A DNA stretch of 64,000 nt, taken from the NCBI GenBank assembly GCA_047967505.1, contig CM106538.1. One strand, written 5' to 3'. The DNA is from Dipteris shenzhenensis. Lineage: Eukaryota. Positions 52,856-64,000 of the stretch are shown one piece after another. Under the pieces are notes generated by a model. It worked only from the letters and a program-made list of their open reading frames with translations, was not told the origin of the DNA and ran no database searches. Numbering within the stretch: position 1 is the stretch's first letter; each line of letters begins with the position of its first letter. Made by a program: the position numbers and the translations under genes.

Positions 52856-53403
52856 ATGAAACCAAGTTGTAGGATGAGAGTCAAGAAAGCAAAATCCCAA
52901 GATGCCAAACCTACGTATCGATTCACCTCTTGCCAGGTGGATCGTTATCGCCTTCCTTCGGTTTCTAAACTTCTTGTGGATTGCACGGACGAAACCAATA
53001 GCTTCTCAAATCTCGTGAAGATTTGACATGACAAGCAGCACATATCGATTCCGGACTGTGGATGCAGATTTTCGAGAGGAGGATGATGATGATGAATTTC
53101 GGGAGCAGGCTAGACAGAGGTGCGAGAGGCAACGAAGGTAGCTTGGGGATTACGGAGCCCGAGGGCAGAGATGTGATGCAACCTCAATGCTCTCGAAATT
53201 TAGGATGTTGAATTTTGAGAGCAGAATGACGATGCCGTGAGCTTGGATGATGAATTCGAGAGCCAATTTTAATTCATTGAAGGGAAGCATGGATGACGAA
53301 ATTGAGATGTTGCTAGAAGTTGTGAGGGGAGGCCCCGGGCTGCGTCATCGTCGTATTAGAAAGAGAGGCCGTGCGGATTTTGACCTTGGAGGGAGAGGAG
53401 GAG
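52856..53403 (+). pseudogene. Putative decayed first coding exon of the giant element's rightward gene
   Basis: CpG-rich, acidic/basic coding-like sequence starting MKPSCRMRVKK and ending at a strong donor GAG|GTAAGG (53404). Its link to the exons at ~59.8 kb is inferred. Confidence 0.35.
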
Positions 53404-54459
53404 GTAAGGTCTTTTGATTTTTTTAGGGTTCTTTTTTTTTATCATTGCCTTTTTTTTTTGGCTTTCTTTTTGTTTTCATAAAACATTGCCTAAGCTAATA
53501 GTGGGCCTAGGCTTGGGATTTGAGCAATCATAGTGGCCACTAAAGGAAAATTCAAAATATAATTCTTCAAGCTATGTTGAAGAGTAATACTTGGACCCTC
53601 ATCTTGAAAAATCTTTGACTTTGCCTCTTAAGAGGTGGATTACAGTAATCATCCAAATTGATTACCACTTCTTTACGCTTTCTCATCTAGTCATCGAGAA
53701 CATTTGGACACCTCCTAGAAACTACTCCTCTCTTGGTAATACTCTTCTAGTTGTCTTTTTAGGAATTTTTCCGGCTTGTTGTTGCTCGTCTAAATGTTGA
53801 TCCTCCTAGGTATTGGATCTCTACCTCCACCAACTTAATGGAACGGACTACTCAGAGCTCTCCAAGGCAAAAACTATCCTTTTAATTGTGGAAAAGTACC
53901 TATGGATAGATGCCAGTACAAAATATTCAAGCTTCCTTGCCTTAATTGCATGTAGCCTAGAACAAAATTTTGCTATGATGGCTACGTGCACCTTAATAGG
54001 CCACTGAACCCACTATACTCTTGTTCAACTTCACCCACTGGTGGTATTCACCATCTTGGCCTGATAAGATTCATGCACTCCATGAGTAACTAATTCAGCA
54101 TTCAATGAGTTCCTCAATTGAGAATGCTTCTTACAGACCCCTTGTACTTAAAATCCCCTCATGCACAAAGCATAGGTGCTAGTGAGTGGAGTGGATAGGA
54201 GGATCCCCTCTAATGGAATTCGTTCTCTTGTGGTTGGTACAACCTTGCTATCTATAAAACCTAAGTGGGAGAGCCTCTAATGGACTTCCTTCTCTTGTGC
54301 TTGGTACAACCTTGCTATCTCTAAAATCTAGCTGAAGTCAATCTTAGGGTATTCAAACTTAACAAAGTGTCAAGGTTCGACTCAACAAAGTATCAAGGTT
54401 TGACTGAACAAAGGATCAAGGTTTAACCATTGTAGCCATCCATTGACTTCCCCCTTGTG

Positions 54460-54860
54460 ACCAAGGGGTTTGTATTGATGGAAGTTTTCAACTATAGTGA
54501 GACACTTGCTCCCATAGCTCAAATGAAGGCAATACCAATGATAATTGCAATGGTATCTTATTCAAAGTGGTACATCTTCTAGATGGACATGAATTGAGAA
54601 TTTTTAAATGGAGATATCAAGGACATTTATATGAGAGAAGCCACCTAGATTTTGAATGTAGGGTGACCAAACGGGGAAAGTGTGCATAGTCTCAGAAACA
54701 TTGTATGACTTGAAATAGGCCCCTTGAGCATCATACCAATGGATCTATGACTCCTTTGGAAGAATCATCTTGATATAGAGTGCATAAGATGTAAACATGA
54801 ATCTTCATTCAAAGGGGCCCAAGAAATAAATGATGATTTTATACATTGATGATTTGATCA
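54460..54860 (+). mobile_element. Highly degenerate Copia RT fragment
   Basis: Manual translation ETLAPIAQM..I..IIAM...MDM..EFLNGDI.DIYM...KVC....LYDLK*AP. Confidence 0.65.
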
Positions 54861-55127
54861 TAAAACAACCCACTAAAGGGATATTAGGTTCTTGACCATG
54901 ATTACACTAGCTCACCATGTCAATGATATTGATATCCATGTCACGGTAAAACCTAACCGTTCCAAAATTCTTGATCAAAACCCTCATCCTCATTCTCACA
55001 ATGTATATCTCATAGAAATTAGAGTATCCAAACTATGCAATTAATGAAATATCACATGCAATGTAAAAATCTGATTATGTAGAAGATTAAAGAGAAACTT
55101 ACATTAAAGGAGGGGTGGCCCTCTCTC

Positions 55128-55203
<76 letters not shown>

Positions 55204-56855
55204 TCTTACCAACAAATAATACCTACACACAAACAAATGCAAGGTCATGATGATGGTGGAAATAATTCATGCTTTAGAAAAAAGTTCTATCAAAATACCA
55301 AAATTTTTAGGGACTCATTCATAGATTCTGGAGATTGGCACTAGTGCCATTCTCCAAAAACCCACGAGGGGATTGGCATCACTACCATTTCTCTATGTGG
55401 GTTTGGGGAGAATGGCACAGGTGCCAATTTCCATAAACCCACATGGAGATCAGCACTAGTGCAATTGTACATAGGAAAGCTAGACTCATATGGAGAATGG
55501 CACTGGTGCCATTCTCCACAATCCTACATGGAGAATGGCAATGGTACCATTCTCCCCCACTTCACGGACATCTTTGTTGATCTTATGAAATTTTGCACAA
55601 TCCCACATGTCTCCCCCACTTCAGGGACATCTTTGTTGATCTTATGAAATTCTGCACAATCCCACATGGAGAATGGTACTGGTGCCATTCTCCATAGGAA
55701 AGCCAGACTCACATGGAGAATGGCACCAGTGCCATTCTCCACAATCCCACGTGGAGAATGGCACTGGTTCCATTCCCCATAGGAAAGCAAAACTCACATG
55801 GAGAATGGCACCAGTGCCATTCTCCACAATCCCACATGGAGAACGGCACTCGTTCCATTCTCCATAGGAAAGCCAGACTCACATGTAGAATGGCACTGGT
55901 GCCATTCTCTGCAATCCCACATGGAGAATGGGACTGGTGCCAGACTCACTTGGAGAATGGCACCAATGCCATTCTCCACAACCCCACATGGAGAATGGCA
56001 GTGGTGCCATTCTCCCCTGCCACAATGACATCTTTGTTCGTCTTATGAAATTCTTTGGTTGTAGTTTGTTCATAATTAACATCCTATAATTGTAATGAGA
56101 GGGGTTGGCTATCAGATGCGGTGACAAGGTCATGAGATCGTGGAAATCATTCACGCTTTAAAAAAAGTTTTATCAAATTACCAAAATTTTAGGGACTCAT
56201 TCATGGATCTTGGAGATTGGCACCAATGCCATTCTCTAGAACCTACTAGGGGAATGGCATCAGTGCCATTTCTCTATGTGGGTTTGGGGAGAATGGCATT
56301 GGTGCCATTCTCCATAAACCCACATGGAGATCCCCACTAGTGCCAATGTACATAGGAAAGCCATACTCATATGGAGAATGGCACCAGTGCCATTCTCCAC
56401 AATACCACATGGAGAATGGCAATGGTGCCATTGTCCCAAACTGCAAGGATGTCTTTGTTGGTCTTATGAAATTCTGCACAATCCCACATGGAGAATGGCA
56501 CTGGTGCCATTCTCCATAGGAAAGATAGACTCACATGGAAAATGGCACCAATGCCATCCTCCACAATCCCACATTGAGAATGGCAGTGGTGCCATTCTTC
56601 CCCAATACAAGGACATCTTTGTTGGTCTTATGAAATTCTTTCGCTGTGGCTTGTTCATAATTAATTTCTTTTAATCGCAATGAGAGGGGCAGATGCGGGG
56701 ACAAGGTCATGATGATGGTGGAAAGAAGTCATGCTTTAGAGAATAATTTTAGGGAAATAATTAATAGTTTCACAAAAAAATTGTATAGACTCATTCATGG
56801 ATTCTGGAGATTGGCACCAATGCCATTCTTCAATAACCCACTAGGGGATTAGCAT

Positions 56856-59496
56856 TGTTGGTAAATTGAAAGGAAAGCAAAGAGTGGACACAAACTCAGA
56901 ATACTTGCATTATAGAATGAAGAAGAGTGAGGTCCTTAAGTAGGCACCTCATACATGCTCACTGACATCACTGATGACTTCAGAGCTCCACAATCATCTC
57001 CTCAATCTGCTCCTAGATTCTCTCAATCATCCTATGTGGCTTTCCACCACCTAATTGTGCTTATGGGCACCTAACTGTGCCTCTAACACTCACACATAGA
57101 AACCAAGGTGTGCCTGAGGCATACACCTTGAGATATCCCAACATACCCCCCCTCAAGGGAATGCCTCAGGCTATGTCAAGGATACATCTAGTCTCATAGT
57201 TTCTCATGCCATCTCATGGTGGTCAAGGATAAATCTATGGCTAGGTTCTCATGCTAGCAAGGGTTCCCATGGGTGTAAGGTAAACAAAAGGGATACTAAA
57301 AGACCTTCCAATGGTTATCTCCCCTGCATGTACATGCACACAATGTCTGCAGGAGGTACCATGGAGCAAAAACACATACACATGGCCTACATCATATGGT
57401 GACAAGAGGTGTTTACAAAACACACAAAACACAATAGTTTATTTCATTCATTTTGGAGGACTATCTAGGCTGAGTACCTTGACATAAAAAGAGAGATCTG
57501 GACCATACATAGAGATGATTTAAAATGCATAATCTTCAAAGGATGCCTCATCTTGTGGAGGCCCTCATCAACTGAAAGTAGATTTGCATTTTCTGTCTTT
57601 GCTTTGGCTCTGCGAAATTTCTCATGATGGTTGTTCTTGCCACAGTGTTTGCATGGATTAATTTTGAAGCAGTCTTTTGAAAGGTGATTTGTCTTTTACA
57701 GTGATTGCAAGGGGTAAACTTGCCCTTCTGGACTTTTACAGCATAAACAGTGTCATTGCCTTTCTTGAGCTCCATATGCCTTTCTTCTTCTTGGAGAGCA
57801 GAGATAATACCTTCAAGATTAGGATTAGGAAGATTTTTCAAAGTGGTAACTATATGATCATAATCTTCAGGCATACTCTTAAGTAACACTGCCATAGCAT
57901 CATCTGGAGTAATAGGAGAGTTGATAGAAGCTAATTGAGTCATAAGACTCCACATGTAGTTGACATGAGCTACCAAAGTAGTGCCACTAACCATCTTCAA
58001 TTCAAAGAAAGAGATTTTAAGTGATAATTTAGAGATGTGACAGCTAGCACCAAAAATCATGTCAAGCTTCTACCAAGCTTCTGAAGGAGACTCTAAGTCA
58101 GAGATGTGGTGAATATAATCATCTCCTAAAGCAAGAGCAATGATACCATATGCTTTCTCCTCTCTAGCGGGATCCCTTGTCGGGCATGTCGGAGTTGAGG
58201 ATTCTCCAGCATTGGAGGCTGTAGAAGAAGCGGTTGGAGTCGGTTTGACAAGTCCCCAGAGGTTCTCCCTCATCAATGCAAATTTCACCTTCATCTGCCA
58301 TGTGTGGAAGCCCTTTCCATTGAACTTCTCTAGATTCAATAGGGTAGCCATGAGAAGGTCTAACCCAGATATTGGGCAGTGTCTTTCTCTCTTACAAGGC
58401 AAAAAATAACTGAAAGGCTTCCAAAATATAAGCACTTGATGTAGCAAAAACTAGTGACCAATATTCAATCAATGATGCTTTTTCTTACATATTTCATAGA
58501 GGTGGCTTAAAATGAGAACTTTCCAATCAAAACCAGGTATAGCAATTCAAAGCACAACTGAAGCTACACTGTACTGATGTTATTGAAAGTTTCAAAAAAA
58601 CAGAAATGCTAGAATAGCATCTTATGTAGCATCATCTTCAAAAAGCTTGTCAAAACTATCAAAACCAAAAGGCTGAAATTGGAGGGCTTGTAGCTTACTC
58701 TTCAGAGCAAAGGAAAAGGGGGTTTTTGAGGCAAAAGAGAGTTGATATACCACAGAAGGTCCTCTGGGAAGAAGAGGTGCAAAAACGCATCAGAACTCCA
58801 TAGCTTGCCCCTTCAAAGTCGACTGGTTTTTCATTGATTTCTCCTTGAATATGCAGCCATTACTACTCAGATTTCAGCACAAGATAGCCCAAGGCATGGA
58901 AAATCTACCCCTGAAAGGAATTAGAGGAAGATGAAGTATGCTGAGAGAAAACGCAGAAGCAAAAGTCGACGATCTTCGTGTAATGGTGACAAAACGAGGG
59001 CGTCTTTCTTCAATTCCTTTCAACCAGGGGTTCGCCCCTTTGAGGTAGATCTCCAGCAGGAAGGGCATGGGAAATGGTTGAGAACCGGAGGAGAACAAGC
59101 TTAAGCAAACTTTGGGAAGAAGAGGAAGAGATGGTGAAGAAGAAGATGAAGAAGAAGATGATGAAGTGGCAGAAATGGGCTCAAGGGGGATCAAAGGGCT
59201 CTGATACCATGTTGGTAAATTGAAAGGAAAGCAAAGAGTGGACACAAACTCAGAATACTTGCATTATAGAATGAAGAAGAGTGAGGTCCTTAAGTAGGCA
59301 CCTCATACATGCTCACTGACATCACTGATGACTTCAGAGCTCCACAATCATCTCCTCAATCTGCTCCTAGATTCTCTCAATCATCCTATGTGGCTTTCCA
59401 CCACCTAACTGTGCTTATGGGCACCTAACTATGCCTCTAGCACTCACACATAGAAACCAAGGTGTGCCTGAGGCATACACCTTGAGATATCCCACA
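56856..59496 (-). mobile_element. Non-autonomous gag-only Copia-type LTR element (TR-GAG-like), 2641 bp
   Basis: LTRs at 56856-57143 and 59210-59496, nearly identical; TSD AGCAT; Met PBS at 59198-59209; PPT complement tacccccc at 57144. Only gag lies inside. Confidence 0.95.
57548..58351 (-). pseudogene. Copia-type gag (UBN2-like plus zinc knuckles) with a premature stop and frameshift
   Basis: MATLLNLEKFNGKGFHTWQMKVK...AYGIIALAL...EAW*KLD...LLKSMPEDYDHIVTTL...CNHCK. Confidence 0.88.
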
Positions 59497-59814
59497 AGCA
59501 TTAGTGCCATTTCTCTATGTGGGTTTGGGAGGAATGGCACTGGTGCCATTCTCCATAAACCCACATGGAGATTGGCACTAGTGCCAATGTCCATAGGAAA
59601 GCCAGACTCACATGGAAAACGGCACCGGTGCCATTCTCCACAATCCCACATTGAGAATGGCACTACTGCCATTCTTCCCCACTACAAGGACATCTTTGTT
59701 GTTCTTATGAAATTCTTTGGTTGTGGCTTGTTCATAATTTATTTACCTATAATCGTAATGACATGGGATGGCTATCAAATGCGGGGACAAGGTCATGATG
59801 ATGGTGGGGAATAA

Positions 59815-60449
59815 AGTGGTTGGAATTGGTGTAGTGTGTGCAATAGATCCGGAGGGTCGAGGCCTACTGTAGAGGTGTGAAGATTGGGGCAGAAAATGTA
59901 TCGGTGATAATGGAGAAGTCTATCAATAGTAACATGCTCTTGCCATTTCCCACTATGGATGCAGTGCTTATTAGTGAGGCACTTTGGAGTGTTGTTAAGT
60001 GGTCTAAGGGCTCTCTAAAACATGTTGGTGATTCTTTAGATGATCCTATGACTCAAGAAGGCAGACAAAGTGAGCCTGAGCCACCTTATGTTGAGGCATT
60101 GCAAGTTTCTTCATTGAAAATGAAAATTTCATTTGTGAATCTTGGAAAGAAAAAGATTGTCTTGTGGGATGAGAGCAAAACAAAGACCATGGGGGAAGGT
60201 GTGATCTTGTATGTTTTCCCAGGTGACTCTATAAACTTTGACCTATTGGGTAACGATTGCATTGGTGTGGGTATTGAAAAGAAAGAAAAAATTACAAGAA
60301 GTGGGTCTTCTATGCAAGATGCTAGCTCTCTCAACCTAGTTAAGTGTCCCATCAAGCAGATTACCTTACTTGATGGAAGCCCATTGCAACAATATGTGCC
60401 CATGGACCAGTTGCTGGCATGGATGAGGTGGTCAATGATCGAATGTTGA
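59815..60449 (+). pseudogene. Two tandem Tnp1/En/Spm-like (TnpA C-terminal-like) domains
   Basis: IGAENVSVIMEKS...LLPFPTMDAVLISEALWSVVKW and KIVLWD...GEGVI...PGD...LGNDCIGVGI resemble the V..G....P...LG...V.V...LP.P....A....V.W pattern. Judged by eye. Confidence 0.45.
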
Positions 60450-60639
60450 AAAGGGGTGATCCATCTTCAAAGAAAAGAAGGTACACTTTCATTAATAAGG
60501 TGCCTAAACAAAGAGACCCGAAGTGTGTCATGGATGCCATGACAACTTCCATTGCAAGGGCTACATACACATGTACGAATTTGTTGCTGTCAAATACAAG
60601 AGAAAACCCACCCTCTTCAGAGGGAAGTGTTGTTGTTGA

Positions 60640-61830
60640 GCCACCATACCAAAAGTTGCCAGAGAACTTGCTACTCCAACTAGATAATTGTGGGTCTGAG
60701 AACAAAAATGTTTGCATACCTTTCTCTTCTTGTAGCAAGGGGCATTTTCAAGATAGTTCAATTGGTCTTCTTGATGGCAAGACACACCCATGAGGACATT
60801 GATGCAATGTTCAGTAGGCTCTATGAGACCTTCCAAGTGGGGACAAACATTCACTTTCCCTCATTTGATAGATACATTCAAAAAATGTACATCATCTTCA
60901 CCAACCCCATTTCTTCTTACATGGGTTCCTAACTTCAAGGATTATGTGGATTGCTACCTATGTGATGGGAAAGAAATGCTAGTTGGTCATGCAAAGCCAT
61001 TACAATTTCGATTTTGCATGCAAGGTGACAGACCTATGATGTAGTACAAGGTGCATCCAAAATCACCGAATCGGATGCCCACCACTGAAGGGGGAATTGA
61101 GCTGTGGAAGAAAGATAGTGAGGGTCGACCATTGTTGCCAACAAGTTGTCCAGATATACTGCCAATGGCTGCATTTGTGAGAAATCACTTGCAATTAATA
61201 TCTAGCATAAAGGATTACAGTAAGTTTTGGGAGAGATTTGCAAGTGGAAATAATGCATCGTATGAGTCCTACATTAGGCCAGTGATAGACTACTAGAAAA
61301 CCATGATTGTTGAGCTCGAACAAGAAAACATCTCAGAGATAGGAGTGTACAGAGACTTTTGGCCAAGAACACAATCGCCTCATGAGGAGGATGATATAGA
61401 TGCTTGCATTAATGAGTTCCAAGGCTATGAGGAATGGAATGATCACTATTGCAGGCCGCTACAAGGTAAACCAAGGGAAGAGTTTAGACCAATGGTGGAT
61501 GTTAAGCAAGGCGACTTCATCTTGGTGAGGCCATCACACCCTATATACCCCATATGACTTGGGGTTGCCGTATCAAGTGCCAAGATGTCCTAACTTTAAG
61601 AAATTATTAATTCAGTATTGGACACCATCAATTAAGAGAAAGGGGCTCACTAATGCAGATGCCTATTTTGACTACTAGAACAAGTATTGGGCATAGAATA
61701 GGTTGGATCCATAGGTATGGGAGTGTATTGATGCATTGGTCTAGTCATGGACATTAAAAGCCATAAATAGACCCAAGAAGATTAAGATTCCATGGAGTGT
61801 ATGTATCAAAGCATAGGAGAGTTTGCTTGG
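60640..61830 (+). pseudogene. DUF7869-type (Sola-like) DDD transposase, C-terminal portion, frameshifted
   Basis: LPENLLLQLDNCGSENKN / MFAYLSLLVARGIFKIVQLVFLMARHTHEDIDAMFSRL matches the QLDN..ENKN...GHTHEDID motif. Downstream ORF fragments continue it; no N-terminal catalytic segment is seen. Confidence 0.75.
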
Positions 61831-62487
61831 TATCAGAGCATAGAAAATGGTGATGATTTTCTCCCTCTTGATCTCCCAAACTTCCATTGTAATATGTGTT
61901 CTCATGTGATGTTTCTCAATTGTTGTTATCTTATCAAGGGATATTTGCATATTATTAATATGACAATTTTTAGAAGTTGTCTTTCACCACCAACAACTTT
62001 GTTTCTAGTGGTTCACTTTGCACGGTGTTTGTTAACACCACCAACTGGTGTTTATTAACACCTCAAATAAAATATACATGTTGTCCGCAAACAGTGTTTA
62101 TTAACACCACCAAATACATGATTTTCAAACTCTACCACAAATGCATGCTTTGTTTTGGTTATTATACCCAATGAAACTTTTCACAACCAATGAAGTTTTT
62201 CATAATCATTGAAATTTCCAAATATCAGCATATTCAATATTGGAAAAAATCCCACAATCAATGATTTTCCCAAATTTAATGAAACCTTTCCCAAATTTAA
62301 TGAAATCCACCCAATTTCAAAATTCCCAAAATGCAACTTTTGTCCCACTTTATCTAATACGGTGTTACAGCCATAAAAAGGCCAGTTGTGTGCATGCCAT
62401 TCAATGTGGTGACATGGAGATGTGGGGGAAGTCGATGGAGATTACGAAGAAATTCCACAAGAGCAGGCATTTCAAGGTAAAAAAATG

Positions 62488-62705
62488 ACCAGTAGCATCA
62501 CTCGACGATGAGCTAGAAACCTACCTTGGTCAAGTCTCAAGTTGGGATCCTAGGTTGCCTTTCATTGCAAGAAACGGGCTAGAAACCTACCTTGGTCAAG
62601 TCTCACGTTAGGTTGCCTTTCATTGCAAGAAAAAGTTTTACTTACAACCCTCAATATTTGAATTGCCATTCCTCCCAAACCCACATAGAGAAATGGCACT
62701 AATGC
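62488..62705. other. Junction filler made of templated fragments
   Basis: Three pieces of the kinase 3' flank (source 28617-28737), then a 42-bp inverted copy of 59498-59539. Confidence 0.9.
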
Positions 62706-63039
62706 ATTTGACGTCTTAGCCTCAAAACAAGGAAGACTGGCTGATTTGACCAACGCCCAGCTTGACACGCCAGAGAAGATCATGCAAGCGACACGGGTGA
62801 TGAACACAGCTTTCTTGTGTGTTTTGGAAGATCCTGACTTACGGCCGTCCATGGGAACAGTTGTGCGGATGCTCGAAGGTCGAGTGCCTGGTTTGGATCT
62901 TCACCGCTCACATGTATTTCAGAGTCTTCGGTTCGCAATCAGGTTGCCGTGTCCTTTAGCCCGGACTCTGCTTAACGAAGCATTCGGTAACTTGTTTGAT
63001 GCTTCTAGTGAACCCTGTATCTCGACCCAGACTGGTTGA
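62704..63039 (+). pseudogene. Duplicated 3' end of the S-domain kinase (5'-truncated)
   Basis: Identical by eye to 28242-28577; no upstream coding sequence. Confidence 0.95.
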
Positions 63040-63380
63040 AATCTCTACCGGCGAGTCTACTCAATACAAATTGTGATAACCAGTAACATCACCCGACGAT
63101 GAGCTAGAAACCTACCTTGGTCAAGTCTCAAGTTGGGATCATAGGTTGCCTTTCATTGCAAGAAAAAGTTTTACTTACAACCCTCAATATTTGAATTGCT
63201 TTTTTAAGAATTTCCTAATTTTAAAACTTAGCATTGCTTTTAGTTGGGGAAATGTATTTCCTAGAATTTCATACTCTCTCTTTCATAGATCCATTGAACA
63301 TGTGTATCTATTTAAATACCAGTTAAGTTTTGACATTGCCTTTTTAGTTGGATTTTTTTTTTGGGTGGCAATCCATCTCG

Positions 63381-63435
<55 letters not shown>

Positions 63436-63636
63436 TGGATAACATGTAAGCCCATGGCAAGCCACATCAATGTAGAAACTTGCAACAAAATGTACATCAA
63501 AGGACATGTATCTAGTCAACTTTATGATTACTCTAATAGTGGCACTCCTAGAGAAATTCTTTCAATCATAGAATTCCAACCACAATGCCACATAAATCTT
63601 TCCACAATGGAAGGACTCAACAATTTCAACTAACTT
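62704..63636 (+). repeat. Segmental direct repeat of 28242-29124
   Basis: Matches from gcatttgacgtc to caactaactt. Confidence 0.95.
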
Positions 63637-64000
63637 ATGATTGATCCCTGCTCTTTGATGCACCCAAAGACCGCTCTAGAAAAAAGATTGAACAGAATTC
63701 TTCCCTGTGATAACAATTTCAACTTTAAATGATTGATGATCCATGCTCTTTGTATGCCCCAACGACCGCTCTAGAAAGATCGAATTTCTTGGAGTTTGAG
63801 TTGCTCGGGATTGCCCAATAAGAAATGACGATAGCTTTCCAATCGTAAATCAAGATCATGGACCTTATCATTATGGAGAGATCCAATACTATCAAGCGAC
63901 ATATAGACGATTAAGAGTCATCCAGTCAAAGTAGCTCTCATCCTCTTTCCACAATTGCATAGGCCCTTTACTGTCTAAAGAGGCATCAATAGTGAGTACA

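Larger units (their letters stand above)
55241..59811. repeat. Palindrome array block C, interrupted by Copia-3
   Basis: Core palindrome within units starting aaggtcatga...tgg at ~55241, 56126, 56703 and 59789. The unit resumes across the Copia-3 TSD. Confidence 0.9.
30574..62363. mobile_element. Candidate giant TIR DNA transposon (~31.8 kb including nested elements) with a DUF7869/Sola-like transposase
   Basis: Imperfect TIR ACTGTATTAGATAATTCGGGAAAAA (30574-30598) vs the reverse complement of 62339-62363 (20/25). Subterminal inverted motif 30818-30837 vs 62022-62041 (18/20). Transposase near the right end and one continuous internal repeat family. No TSD found. Confidence 0.6.

Noticed and set aside
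53590-54120. Possible retroelement pol remnant on the minus strand
   Set aside because: Too degenerate to identify any diagnostic motif by eye.
33346-59811. CRISPR-like array (palindromic repeats with spacers)
   Set aside because: Spacers are themselves repeated and irregular in length, the repeats are degenerate, there are no cas genes, and the context is eukaryotic.
33775-59814. Many short ORFs reading WRMAPVPFS / ENGTSAIL / EWHWCHSP
   Set aside because: They are translations of the palindromic repeat in all six frames; no evidence of coding.
62746-63039. Second functional kinase gene
   Set aside because: Only the last ~110 codons are present, with no ATG-led start, and the upstream sequence is filler DNA.

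Overview
Eukaryotic, repeat-dense land-plant DNA. A fern or other non-seed plant is a plausible but unproven guess. The only clearly intact host gene is an intronless G-type lectin S-domain receptor-like kinase (25896-28577, non-RD). Around it are three TSD-bounded Copia-type LTR elements (2676-7417; 16878-22761; gag-only 56856-59496), a truncated Copia 5' end, a complete 10.1-kb CACTA element (38615-48744), two copies of a ~246-bp MITE with 8-bp TSDs, Gypsy/LINE/CACTA scraps, a sugar-transporter exon remnant and many microsatellites. The most unusual structure is a candidate ~31.8-kb giant DNA transposon (30574-62363). It has imperfect terminal and subterminal inverted repeats, a decayed DUF7869/Sola-like transposase and TnpA-like domains at the right end, and decayed FCP1-like phosphatase and SET-domain cargo at the left end. 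Its middle holds ~11 kb of arrays built on the palindrome GAGAATGGCAC-CA-GTGCCATTCTC. The whole block lies between two direct copies of the kinase 3' end, and its right junction carries templated filler DNA. All alignments and domain calls were made by eye, without database searches.
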